From sequence record PZ386965.1: a stretch of DNA of 64,000 bases; one strand, written 5' to 3'. This document shows positions 29,633 through 39,491 of the stretch, in pieces. Source of the DNA: a phage. The translations under genes and the position numbers were made by a program. The notes under the pieces were generated by a model. It was given only the letters and a program-made list of their open reading frames with translations. It was not told where the DNA came from and made no database searches. The first letter of the stretch is position 1, and every line of letters starts with the position of its first letter.

Positions 29633-29731
29633 TGTATTTTTCCATAGGCATCATTATATTTTACTCATGTTTAAAAGATAAAACGATTATATACTAAGGG
29701 TTATACAGCATTTAAAACTTTAAACAGGCTC

Positions 29732-30280
29732 TTAACGAGCCCATTTGATGATTTCTGTAATCAAACCATTACGTTCGCTTGCATTAAATCCTATAACTTT
29801 GTTAGCACCATCATGATTAAGTAATTGATATGTTTGGATTTTGTTATGAATTGCAAACTCTTCAAAATGTGAAATGACTGTATTAAAACCGAATGAAGAC
29901 AAAGTAATAAGGTCGTCTTCAAAACTTTCAGTCATTTCGTTACGTGTTAAAATAATTGTGAACACATCATGGTTTTGGCAAAGACGAACATAGTCCTGTT
30001 CATAAACGTCAAGAATCGAGTCCGCATCTTGTCGAATACGTCCATAAACCCAGTTACTAATATATCCACGGTCTAACAGATAAATCTTAGTAGGGTCTAA
30101 ATAATTCAACATCGTTTCGAAACAACCAACTTCATTTCGAGACTTAACATCGAAACGTCCATCAACTGTTCGTTTAGGGAAATCAATCTTTACATATCTT
30201 TCACTAATTTCCATTATGTCATTAATGAAAGTTGTTTTACCGGCATTATCCGGGCCATCTACTAAAATAATTTTAGCCAT
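29732..30280 (-). CDS. P-loop kinase, thymidylate/nucleotide-kinase-like
   Basis: 182 aa; Walker A VDGPDNAGKTT and LLDRGY (DRY-like) motif; occupies T4 segA/beta-gt interval. Confidence 0.55.
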   Translation of the reverse strand: MAKIILVDGPDNAGKTTFINDIMEISERYVKIDFPKRTVDGRFDVKSRNEVGCFETMLNYLDPTKIYLLDRGYISNWVYGRIRQDADSILDVYEQDYVRLCQNHDVFTIILTRNEMTESFEDDLITLSSFGFNTVISHFEEFAIHNKIQTYQLLNHDGANKVIGFNASERNGLITEIIKWAR

Positions 30281-30281
30281 T

Positions 30282-31181
30282 TTATTCCTCGATTACGACA
30301 TCTTCGTATTTAGGTATATTATACGGCGAAGAAATTAAAGCATTAAAGTAGATGAACTCACCAAGACCTGGATGGAATACTTCTTCAGGATTTTCGAAAT
30401 ATTGAATTTTCGGACGTCCTTTAAGAATTTGATAGTACTCAGTTTTAGTTGGTTTAAAAATTCGAATCAGCGCTTCTTCAGGATACTTATTTCTGTCGAA
30501 GCTATTATTTGGATCGGTTATATAAAGCGCTTGGCCTAATTGAATTGCACATTCAACCACTTGTTCAAAACGATAGCACGGGTCACTAATTCGAAATGGA
30601 TGAAAAATACCATCTAGATGAATAGGAGCCAAATCACCTACAAGACGCTGCATGATGGAAGGACGTATAACTTTCTGCGTTACGATAATCTTATTACCAT
30701 CTGCACCTGCGTTAACCAGCACTTCTTTTTGACGTTCATTCAACACAGTAGTTTGAAGTGAACGATTAACAGACAACATGTCGGTTTTTAAGAATTCATC
30801 AATATAAAAACGTGGTTTATTAGGGTCTGCAGTGATATTGAAATTGAATTCCACATCAAAAGCGCCGCCATAACCAGTGATATCTGTGATTAGAAAATCA
30901 CAATCATAATAATCAATTAATGAATCAACCACAAATTCATTTTCAGTCCAGAAATATTTACGAGTGTTATACGCGTTATCTTTATACCATAATGGAACAA
31001 ACTTAAATTCTGGGAAAAGACGTTCACATTCTTTAATATCAGATGCATTACGTGGATATGTAATCACATCACCCGGATTAGCACGGTGCAAATGAAGTTG
31101 GAAGTTGCCATCCTTAAGGATAGCATACTGTCCAGTTTCATAAGACCGCATACTCAAGATTGGTACGCGGAAAATAGCCAT
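30282..31181 (-). CDS. hypothetical protein, 299 aa (beta-gt locus)
   Basis: ORF immediately downstream of gene 42 where T4 has beta-gt; no motif recognised. Confidence 0.55.
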   Translation of the reverse strand: MAIFRVPILSMRSYETGQYAILKDGNFQLHLHRANPGDVITYPRNASDIKECERLFPEFKFVPLWYKDNAYNTRKYFWTENEFVVDSLIDYYDCDFLITDITGYGGAFDVEFNFNITADPNKPRFYIDEFLKTDMLSVNRSLQTTVLNERQKEVLVNAGADGNKIIVTQKVIRPSIMQRLVGDLAPIHLDGIFHPFRISDPCYRFEQVVECAIQLGQALYITDPNNSFDRNKYPEEALIRIFKPTKTEYYQILKGRPKIQYFENPEEVFHPGLGEFIYFNALISSPYNIPKYEDVVIEE

Positions 31182-31897
31182 TAGTCAAGGAATCCTTTAA
31201 CATAATCAAAATCACGTTCAAACACATGGGCACTTACCATGGTATGAGTATAATCACCAACTTCTACACCGCATTCGTTAGCGATATAATGAAGTAATTT
31301 TCCTTGGAGATAAAAATCCAACTGCATAACAACAGCACAGTTCTGAGAACGCATATGACAGTGGGTATAAAGCTTACCATCACGAATATAATAAGTTACT
31401 GAGTCAGTACATGGATATTCAAGTGTTTCGTCCGAATCAAGCAAAGCCTGATCAGAACTTTCTAGAATTTGGAACACAACTCTTCGAGAGTTAGGTTTTT
31501 CTTTAAGTTCTTTTAGAAGAGTTGGTAATTGGGCCGCAATGCGAGGACCATAGAAAGTGTTGAAGTTCGCCGGCAAAACATCTGATTTTGGTTTAGAAAT
31601 AAATTTAGCGACATTAGGATATGCCTTAAACGCTTCTTCTGCGTTGGTACCACCAGAAATCATAAACTTCCAGAAGTCTTCGGCATATTCATAAGAGATG
31701 CGGTTAATACGTGGGTCGGTCATTTTGAATGATGATGGAGTGTCAACAACTACTGTCATAGACCCAATTTCATTACAACGTCCAATACGAGAATCAGTTA
31801 CGAATTCCGGGTTTTCTAAAATTTCACGATTGACTGCTTTAAACGCGGTTTGAAAATCTGCGGCTTTGATATATTTCATTGTGTTATGTTTTCCCAT
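31181..31897 (-). CDS. 42: dCMP hydroxymethylase (thymidylate-synthase fold)
   Basis: 238 aa; CTDSVTYYIRD...MRSQN block aligns with T4 gp42 CTNTVQYLIRD...MRSND. Confidence 0.8.
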   Translation of the reverse strand: MGKHNTMKYIKAADFQTAFKAVNREILENPEFVTDSRIGRCNEIGSMTVVVDTPSSFKMTDPRINRISYEYAEDFWKFMISGGTNAEEAFKAYPNVAKFISKPKSDVLPANFNTFYGPRIAAQLPTLLKELKEKPNSRRVVFQILESSDQALLDSDETLEYPCTDSVTYYIRDGKLYTHCHMRSQNCAVVMQLDFYLQGKLLHYIANECGVEVGDYTHTMVSAHVFERDFDYVKGFLD

Positions 31898-31939
31898 GTT
31901 TACCTCAATACAATTTATTATATACTCAATTCGTAAAGC

Positions 31940-32179
31940 TTATTTGAATTTCTTGACAATGTTGATATAACGTAAAGCTTCAGAATCTATACTTCCAAGA
32001 ACACTATGAAGGAATGCATCAGTGTAGTATTCTAATTGAACAGGTTCTTTAATCACTTTAGCCGCTTTGGTTTCAAACAGGCCCATAAGGGCCTTTTTAA
32101 GAATTTGTTCGTTAGTGTTCAGTTTCATAGTCAAAATCTCTTCGTTAAGTTTATAATTAAAACTTTTTCTAGAAATCAT
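31940..32179 (-). CDS. hypothetical protein, 79 aa
   Basis: ORF at 3' end of sugar cassette. Confidence 0.45.
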   Translation of the reverse strand: MISRKSFNYKLNEEILTMKLNTNEQILKKALMGLFETKAAKVIKEPVQLEYYTDAFLHSVLGSIDSEALRYINIVKKFK

Positions 32180-33345
32180 TCCGGGTACCTCAAAGCGTCA
32201 TCAGAGTTAGTTATATCAATAATAGATATGGAGTTTTCTGCTAACCCGTTTTTAGATAATTGACGTTTATAATACCTTTCACAATATGTACACGTTGACC
32301 CACAGATTTCATTAGCACAATCAAAATCTGGATGTCTGAACCACCTTTTTTCTAAAAAGCCATCTAACAAAGAGGTTTCAATATTTACTGTATGTGAAAA
32401 CTCAGTCTCATTTTCAAGAGTGAAAATAGTCTCTAAAGGCTTCCACAGTTCTAACAAATTACCTTCAAACTTTTCAGAAGCGTATGCTTCAAGAACTTTC
32501 AAAATGTAGTCTGTGCTACCTGTACGTCCTGAAACTTTGAATTGAGTGATACCAATATCATTATAAAGTTTCAAATCTTGAGGACGAACAAAACGAGTTC
32601 TCAACCAGTTAAATGGGTCTGTATCACGAGCTTTAATACAGTGCTGCATTGGATATCCATTTAAGGATTTAGCATCATCAGCGGTAACATCAGTACTATG
32701 GAAAATATAGCAAGAGTCACGATAGCTACAATGTGTTGTATACCCTTTACCAGCATTAGAACAGAACTCATTTACAAGAACTTCAAATATTATATTGTTC
32801 TTATTGCAAAACTCTGCTGCACGCTTCAGGAAAGAAACTGAACGGTTCTTATGAATTCCACAGCAGACCTTTTTGATATTATATTGGTCATGCAAGTATT
32901 TGATTTGAGTTACGGCATCAACATGTAGAATTGTTGAAACTTCAATCTCAATATCTTTATTGACTTCACGAACAATTTCCATAACAACAGGGTTAGCGAT
33001 AGTAATACGCCATACGCCTATTGACCAAAGATACTGAACATAATCCTGAATAGCTTTCTTCTTCCACTCAACTAGTTCTCTTTTTGAACCAGGATTTATC
33101 GTGTTGAGTGTATAGTTAAAGCAAATACCTAATTCATTACAACGTTTAACATAGTCTTCTAACATCTTTTTGTCAACGTCAGGAAGCCTAAAATCAGGTC
33201 TGGCTGCTACAAAAGCCATTTCTCTTGTAGAACCATATACTTCGTTTATCAAGCTATTAGGATAGGTTTTATTGAGCTCTACGATTTTATCAAGAAGAGC
33301 TAAATCAAAATTCGTTCCGATTTTAAAAGTATTCATTTTTTGCAT
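32176..33345 (-). CDS. Cys-rich enzyme of unknown family (possible Fe-S/metal site)
   Basis: 389 aa; C-terminal C-x4-C-x3-C-x2-C cluster (CANEICGSTCTYC); inside sugar cassette. Confidence 0.55.
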   Translation of the reverse strand: MQKMNTFKIGTNFDLALLDKIVELNKTYPNSLINEVYGSTREMAFVAARPDFRLPDVDKKMLEDYVKRCNELGICFNYTLNTINPGSKRELVEWKKKAIQDYVQYLWSIGVWRITIANPVVMEIVREVNKDIEIEVSTILHVDAVTQIKYLHDQYNIKKVCCGIHKNRSVSFLKRAAEFCNKNNIIFEVLVNEFCSNAGKGYTTHCSYRDSCYIFHSTDVTADDAKSLNGYPMQHCIKARDTDPFNWLRTRFVRPQDLKLYNDIGITQFKVSGRTGSTDYILKVLEAYASEKFEGNLLELWKPLETIFTLENETEFSHTVNIETSLLDGFLEKRWFRHPDFDCANEICGSTCTYCERYYKRQLSKNGLAENSISIIDITNSDDALRYPE

Positions 33346-33391
33346 CTCGCGTTAATTGATGCGATGGTTTTTACAGGTCTTACTTAAATTA

Positions 33392-33793
33392 TTATAGATT
33401 CGGTTTATATGATTTAAATGTTTCGAATTCGCCTTTATTCATAAGAGTTTTGAATTCGTCAGGACGCATAGCTTTGTCGTCGATAATCCAATCATATACT
33501 GGTTTATGTGTTAGCAAATTATGGTACTTCAAACCAATGTTTTCCAAGTTCTGAATCAGACTTGGGAGAATGTCAATTGCTATACGACCAGGACCTACTG
33601 ACTTCATACCACGAGCAGTGTAAAGCGTTATGGTATGCCCTGCATCATACAGGGCATTAATGGCAGACACCATTTCGACGTCCGGTTTGAAGTTCACGTA
33701 ATCACGATTGTTATTCCACTCTGTTATACAATCATCGACATCAAAACAAAGATTAAGCATGTTTTCTACACGGTGCATTAGATTCGTTCCCAT
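33392..33793 (-). CDS. HAD-superfamily phosphatase (cap-less, KdsC-like)
   Basis: 133 aa; motif I FDVDDCIT, motif II LYTARG, motif III/IV K..DWIIDD. Confidence 0.6.
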   Translation of the reverse strand: MGTNLMHRVENMLNLCFDVDDCITEWNNNRDYVNFKPDVEMVSAINALYDAGHTITLYTARGMKSVGPGRIAIDILPSLIQNLENIGLKYHNLLTHKPVYDWIIDDKAMRPDEFKTLMNKGEFETFKSYKPNL

Positions 33794-35463
33794 TGATGAG
33801 TGATATCGCCACCGATTGGACGATAGGAAACACCAGTTTCTTTATCAGTTAGTACCCATTTACCAGGATTTTTTGTAATCAGAGTAGCCATTACAGGTTC
33901 TGCTACGTCATAACTAATAGAGCCATCTTGAAGTACACGACCCATGTTACGTAATTGCTTAGTCAGAAGTTCCATACCTTTATAATATGCGGCTACCGCT
34001 TTAAGTGGATTATTCTTGAAATAACCACCTAATGCAATCCAGATAATTGCTACTGCCAAATGATGATACTCGTTAAACGAACTCATCTTTCCATATTTGT
34101 AAACTAATGGATTGATGTTAATAGTCACATTACAAGTTGTTTCATCAATAGTAAACTGTCCCCAGGTCGGATTAGCATTGAATTCATCATAACCTGAAAC
34201 AGCATAAAGCACTTTAGCTTCATCGTACAATTTTGGCCCGTAAATCTTGGTTTCACCAAAATATCCACGAGGGTCGATAAACTTGACTTCGCCGTTATCA
34301 GTAATCATAGTATTACTGAAGTTCGGGTCACCATGAATAACAGAGTACTGTCCCTGAGAACGGTTATGATAACGAATAAGATGTTCTAAAGCTTGTTTCA
34401 ACATTGGCTTCAGACGTCCAATCTTAGTGTAGTTCACGTGTGTGATTTTACCAAATGAATCAATCAATGGCTGAATGCTTTCACAACGATCAATAACTTT
34501 CGTATAGAACTCTTTAGTGAAATCACGGCGAACAGTTTCAGGACTTACAAAATAAGTGTCCGTGCTGAATTTCAGTGCATCTAAAATTGCATCAACAATT
34601 TGTGGACGAGCAAGACTTGATTTGGATTTAATATATTCAAATGCCGGCTTACCTTTAATACGTTCCATTTCAAAATTATTTTCATTTACCGAAACTAACT
34701 GAGGAACTGAATCTGATTTCACTTTCAAGTACCATGAAATCTCATCTTTTTGAAGAGCTCGACCTTGTTCGGTTAACGCGAATTTAGTTACAGTTTCTTC
34801 GCCAATTTCAACTGCATTAAAACTACGATTAAGTTCACGAACTTCATGAGCTTTTTCAAGTTTAGGCATATCACCTAAATCAATTAGATTCATAAGCTCT
34901 GATTTATTGAATGCACTCCCGTAAAGGAATTCTACAAAATCACGTCCTTTGCAGTATTCGTGAATTTCCTCATCAGTAGAACCCATGTAGAATTCCCAGT
35001 CTTTGAACTGATAAATTCCTACAACATTACCGCCTGTTGAACCTACGTTAGTGATATTTTCACCATCGAAATTATATCGACATTCATCACCCTTAACATA
35101 GATTGCGTTAACATTCCAAGACCATGAACCAAAATCAGGAATAATATCACACCAGTTAACAATTACGTTATGTCCATCTAAATCTTTGTATAATTTAGCA
35201 AGAGCATAAGCAGAACCATACGCTTCATCAACTGTACGAATAGTCACATTGAACCCTTCTTGCTCACAATAAGCTCGAACAGTTTCAGCAAATTTTGAAT
35301 GAACTACTACAATAATTTCATCTGCGCCAAGGTCAGAATAAATTGTATACAAATTGCTCAGAATAGTGTCTTGTTTATAGTTAACAAGCACCTTAGGAAT
35401 ATGATGCGTTATTGGATACAAACGAGTTGCCAGTCCAGCACCAAGAATAACAGCTTTTTTCAT
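33778..35463 (-). CDS. bifunctional sugar-1-phosphate nucleotidylyltransferase / APH-type anomeric sugar kinase
   Basis: 561 aa; N-terminal AVILGAGLATRLYPIT..PKVLV (RmlA-like NTP-transferase); C-terminal HGDPNFSN...FIDPRG (Brenner kinase motif). Confidence 0.7.
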   Translation of the reverse strand: MKKAVILGAGLATRLYPITHHIPKVLVNYKQDTILSNLYTIYSDLGADEIIVVVHSKFAETVRAYCEQEGFNVTIRTVDEAYGSAYALAKLYKDLDGHNVIVNWCDIIPDFGSWSWNVNAIYVKGDECRYNFDGENITNVGSTGGNVVGIYQFKDWEFYMGSTDEEIHEYCKGRDFVEFLYGSAFNKSELMNLIDLGDMPKLEKAHEVRELNRSFNAVEIGEETVTKFALTEQGRALQKDEISWYLKVKSDSVPQLVSVNENNFEMERIKGKPAFEYIKSKSSLARPQIVDAILDALKFSTDTYFVSPETVRRDFTKEFYTKVIDRCESIQPLIDSFGKITHVNYTKIGRLKPMLKQALEHLIRYHNRSQGQYSVIHGDPNFSNTMITDNGEVKFIDPRGYFGETKIYGPKLYDEAKVLYAVSGYDEFNANPTWGQFTIDETTCNVTININPLVYKYGKMSSFNEYHHLAVAIIWIALGGYFKNNPLKAVAAYYKGMELLTKQLRNMGRVLQDGSISYDVAEPVMATLITKNPGKWVLTDKETGVSYRPIGGDITHQWERI

Positions 35464-35504
35464 GTTGTGGTCCTCATTGGTAAGTAGGTGTATTGTACAC
35501 TATT

Positions 35505-35648
35505 CTAGTTAAAGCATTCATACTTTGCTTGTAGTCCAATCATAATCCATCCGATTATAAGAGTCGGAATCATTACTGGAGCCGTTAAGCTCCAGTAGAT
35601 AGTCATGACAAGCATCAATAGTAAAAGTCCTATTGTTATTGCTTTCAT
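35505..35648 (-). CDS. small membrane protein, 47 aa
   Basis: ATGA overlap with SIS gene stop; hydrophobic. Confidence 0.35.
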   Translation of the reverse strand: MKAITIGLLLLMLVMTIYWSLTAPVMIPTLIIGWIMIGLQAKYECFN

Positions 35649-36280
35649 TGCTCGCCTCGTAACATGGCACCTAGTGCACCGCCTGGATGGAACTTAAGGA
35701 AGTCATTAGAGGTAAATCCACGTTCAGACGAAAGGTTGATAGCGAACGTATCGATAAGCGCTAACAACAATGTAGTGGACATTGTCGGAGCTAAAGAGTT
35801 CTCGTCAACTTCTACCGCGATACCGGTACAGAACGTATAATCAAAAAGAGCTTCGTATTCTTGCGGAATGTCCGGGTTACAATGCAACAGAATCTGTTTA
35901 ACCTGAGGACGAATCATACGAAGATGTTTAGCAACACCTATCATTTCTTCAGTTTTACCAGAACGACTAATATGAATCAACACGTCATTAGGCGCAATGA
36001 ATCCTGCATCACCGTGAGAATAATGCCCAGTGTTCAAGTACATACTTGGGATACCGAGTGAAGCAAATGTCTCGGAAGCTTTAGTTGCAATATTAGCATT
36101 CTTACCAACACCTGTAATAATTACTCGGCTTTCATAATTACTAAGACCAGGGCGTCGAAGAGTTTCTAGAATAGCATTATAACGAGCAGGGTTTTGACTA
36201 ATTACTTTAGCCATAGCGGCCAAAGAAGAAGCTTGTTTTATGATTGCGTCAATAGCGATATTAATAGGAGTAGTTTTCAT
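35645..36280 (-). CDS. SIS-domain sugar-phosphate isomerase, arabinose-5-phosphate isomerase-like (KdsD/GutQ N-domain)
   Basis: 211 aa; ITGVGKNANIATKASETFASLG, ISRSGKTEE, LAPTMSTT, HPGGALG blocks match KdsD SIS domain. Confidence 0.75.
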   Translation of the reverse strand: MKTTPINIAIDAIIKQASSLAAMAKVISQNPARYNAILETLRRPGLSNYESRVIITGVGKNANIATKASETFASLGIPSMYLNTGHYSHGDAGFIAPNDVLIHISRSGKTEEMIGVAKHLRMIRPQVKQILLHCNPDIPQEYEALFDYTFCTGIAVEVDENSLAPTMSTTLLLALIDTFAINLSSERGFTSNDFLKFHPGGALGAMLRGEQ

Positions 36281-36320
36281 ATTTCTCTCATTTAATTAGT
36301 TTACCGTCCATGGTATTATA

Positions 36321-39032
36321 TCAAAAATCGAACATATCGAACAGAGATGCTTTCTTCTCGTAATCGAGTTTCGCTGCTGATGTGAATCCTTCAAGTGGTT
36401 TAATAAATGTCTTCTCAAGGAGAACAGTGTAGTCCATCCAATGAAGTACGTCGTCTTTAATTAAATCTGTGATTTCAGTACCAGAAGGCCATGCGATACA
36501 TTTATCACCGAATGGGTTTCCTTCACGTAAAGGCAGAACATATACTTTTTCACCTTCTACAACTTGTGGAGCATCAATATTACCTTTGATAGCCCGGTTA
36601 TACGTCAGAATTCCACGAATATGGAACGGACATTTAGGGCCAGGGAATCCACCAACATCATATTTAGCAATGTTATTCGCAGAAGATACCGACGCGATGC
36701 TAATATAATTCAATTGACGGAATTCTTTTTCAAACTCTTTAAAATATTCTTGTAATGATTCTTCACCTTCTTGAAGCATACGACGAATACATTCCTTAAG
36801 AGCTTTCTGTACTGCTTTAGGAGTCGAAGATTTCTGAGTCTCGAGACCCATGATTTTGAGTTTAGGCTCAGCGTATCTGGTTCCTTCCATATCCCACACG
36901 TTTAATGCATAACGTTTCTTACCAGTCCAAAATCCGCCAATACCTTTAGAACCGAGCGGAGGGCCAGCAATAGCTTCTCGGTCCATGAACATTAAGTGTT
37001 GTTTATTGTTCATGTATTCACACATTTCACGGAAACCTCTATCAATAGCTGGTTCCATACGTTCACGTGCAAACTTATCTAAGAAGTCTACCCAATGGTT
37101 AGTATCACGGAATTTAGATTCACCAACCTTATCAATAATTTTATCTGCAGATACGTAAATAGAGTCTGTATCACCATAAAGAACGAAAGCTTCACCTTCT
37201 GTACCACAAACTTCATTCAGATATTCATTAACTTTACGTTCAATCCACTGTAAAGCCATTTGTCCGAATGTTGTGATTGCAGTAGCATTACGCAAATCAT
37301 AATAACGGAACCAGACGTTGCCAAGTGCACCATAAAGTGAGTTGATAAGCAATTTACGGTTAATTTGTGCAGTCATACCTGCAACTTCAGTACGTTGAGC
37401 TCTAAACAACATTTCATTAAGAGATTTAGCAGACAACTTTTTAATCTTTTCTTTAATCTCATCACTGAAGTCGAAACGATAATCAACATCTAATGGTTCG
37501 TCAACAGAAAGATTAGGATTATGCAATGCCTCTTTAATTATTTCACCGTTACGTTGAGCTGCAAGCATGTAACCTTTATGTTCTTTACGTTGATTAAAGA
37601 CCTTAGTGATTTCAGTTGGAACTACACCATCACGATCTTTATAATACATCATGCCGTTAGGAGAACAACTGTACACATCTGAAGGACGTTCAGCGATTGC
37701 GTTAATATAATCATGCAATGGAGCTACTTTAAACGTTCCTGCTATTGTTTCCGGGCTAATATTCACTTGGCGAATAATACTTGGATACAGAGATGTAAGG
37801 TCGAAACTCATTACATATTTGTATCGATTTGGAATAGGTTCCTTAACAAAAGCGCCAGGATAAGGTTGAACCGGGTGAGAACGACCTTGTGGAATCACCT
37901 TGTTCTGCTCTTTAAGGCTATTAAAAATAATAGCATCCCATGTTTTAATTGGGCTAAACACAGATTGAATCTGTATCTTAGCATAATAACCCATGTCCAA
38001 ACTCAAGTTGATGAACTGACGCTTAGCATCAATTTGCAATACACGATACACGTCGATAATGTTATAAGAAATATATCGTTGGTGATTGCTTTCACGAAGC
38101 TTAGAAATAGGGCCGTCATATTTCAGTTTACCAACGTTCAATTCAAATTCTGAAATGTAATCCAGAGAATACGACGGTTGATTGGTAAAAGAGAATTTTT
38201 TGTAAAGGTCGATATAATCAAGAACAGAGATACCGAACAATGTAATGATTTCACGAGAACCATACATGTTTTCGATAACTTTAACACGAGTTTTACGATG
38301 TGGTGATAAACGTTTCGCAGTAGATTCGCCAAAAATATTCTTGATTCTGTTATACACATATGGAATATCAAATGACTCAACGTTCCATCCAGTCAAAATG
38401 ACAGGAGTTTTCTGTTGCCAGAAGTTGAGATATTCCATCAACAATTCTTTTTCGTTATCGAACGGCATATAAATGATTTTATCGATAATTTCAGATGGAA
38501 CTTCATCACCACCTTGTTCTTGAAGCTTAGCCGCAATTTCGATAGACCATTCTTCTACATTACCATACGGAGAATTCAATAGATCAAATACGTAGAACCT
38601 GTCGTCAATTGAGTCATAATGGGTGATAGCATCAATCGGATGTTTTGCTTGTGACGGCTCAGGGAACCCATCCGGAGATGTTACTTCGATGTCGAAGTTA
38701 GCCACACGAATTTTTGTATGGTCGTATTTGATTTCATAGTTATAAGTGTCAGACAAATACGCCAATTTGAAATCGTCCATGCCAAGTGCTTCAAGTCCGA
38801 TATCTTCCATGCGTTTAATCCATTGGGAGGCATCACGCATATTAGCGAACAACTTACGAGTACACGGCTTACCGTAGATATCGAAATATTTCGTAGCCTG
38901 ACTTTCTGGACAATGAGCAAACAGTGATGGTTTATATTCTACTTCACGAGTACGTTCACGGCCATTAGAATCGATGTAACGTTCAAAAATTGAATCACCA
39001 ATCTGTTCAACCGTTAAGTAAAATTCTTTCAT
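36321..39032 (-). CDS. 43: DNA polymerase (family B), RB69-type
   Basis: 903 aa; exo motifs FDIEV, pol motifs DTDS and KKRY; sequence essentially that of RB69 gp43 as I recall it. Confidence 0.95.
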   Translation of the reverse strand: MKEFYLTVEQIGDSIFERYIDSNGRERTREVEYKPSLFAHCPESQATKYFDIYGKPCTRKLFANMRDASQWIKRMEDIGLEALGMDDFKLAYLSDTYNYEIKYDHTKIRVANFDIEVTSPDGFPEPSQAKHPIDAITHYDSIDDRFYVFDLLNSPYGNVEEWSIEIAAKLQEQGGDEVPSEIIDKIIYMPFDNEKELLMEYLNFWQQKTPVILTGWNVESFDIPYVYNRIKNIFGESTAKRLSPHRKTRVKVIENMYGSREIITLFGISVLDYIDLYKKFSFTNQPSYSLDYISEFELNVGKLKYDGPISKLRESNHQRYISYNIIDVYRVLQIDAKRQFINLSLDMGYYAKIQIQSVFSPIKTWDAIIFNSLKEQNKVIPQGRSHPVQPYPGAFVKEPIPNRYKYVMSFDLTSLYPSIIRQVNISPETIAGTFKVAPLHDYINAIAERPSDVYSCSPNGMMYYKDRDGVVPTEITKVFNQRKEHKGYMLAAQRNGEIIKEALHNPNLSVDEPLDVDYRFDFSDEIKEKIKKLSAKSLNEMLFRAQRTEVAGMTAQINRKLLINSLYGALGNVWFRYYDLRNATAITTFGQMALQWIERKVNEYLNEVCGTEGEAFVLYGDTDSIYVSADKIIDKVGESKFRDTNHWVDFLDKFARERMEPAIDRGFREMCEYMNNKQHLMFMDREAIAGPPLGSKGIGGFWTGKKRYALNVWDMEGTRYAEPKLKIMGLETQKSSTPKAVQKALKECIRRMLQEGEESLQEYFKEFEKEFRQLNYISIASVSSANNIAKYDVGGFPGPKCPFHIRGILTYNRAIKGNIDAPQVVEGEKVYVLPLREGNPFGDKCIAWPSGTEITDLIKDDVLHWMDYTVLLEKTFIKPLEGFTSAAKLDYEKKASLFDMFDF

Positions 39033-39113
39033 TTAATTTCCTTTAGACGAGTTATTGTCTTTTGTTTGTTGATGAACTTATTATACTCCAAATGGGACCG
39101 AAGTCCCATTGCT

Positions 39114-39491
39114 TTAATTACCAATTGTATATTTTGCTTTCAAAGTCCAGTCATCTTTCTGTTTAAAAGAGATAACACGGAAGTTATTAGTCAGGCCAAA
39201 CAGATCTTCACGAGCAGAGTCTTCAATAACAATTAATCCCCAGTCTTCAAGCAACTGAGCAATCGAATCACGTCGCTGATAGTCTTCACCATCAATATCA
39301 ACCTGACGTCCATCCATACGCAACATTTCTTTAAAGTGGACGATATAATACTTACCTTGCTTTTGGAGGATATGACAAGACTGGTAAAGGACTTTATCCT
39401 TGTTATTAGCGATGCCCATACGAGTCAAAGTCTCTTTGACTTTCAGAAAATCTTCAGGGTTCTTCAATTTAATTTCAATCATTTTTACCAT
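39114..39491 (-). CDS. regA: RegA translational repressor
   Basis: [41 protein letters not shown] matches T4 RegA. Confidence 0.85.
   Translation of the reverse strand: MVKMIEIKLKNPEDFLKVKETLTRMGIANNKDKVLYQSCHILQKQGKYYIVHFKEMLRMDGRQVDIDGEDYQRRDSIAQLLEDWGLIVIEDSAREDLFGLTNNFRVISFKQKDDWTLKAKYTIGN

Noticed and set aside
29632-29732. Search for a MotA-box middle promoter upstream of uvsX
   Set aside because: No TGCTTNA motif at the right spacing from a -10 was found by eye; not called.
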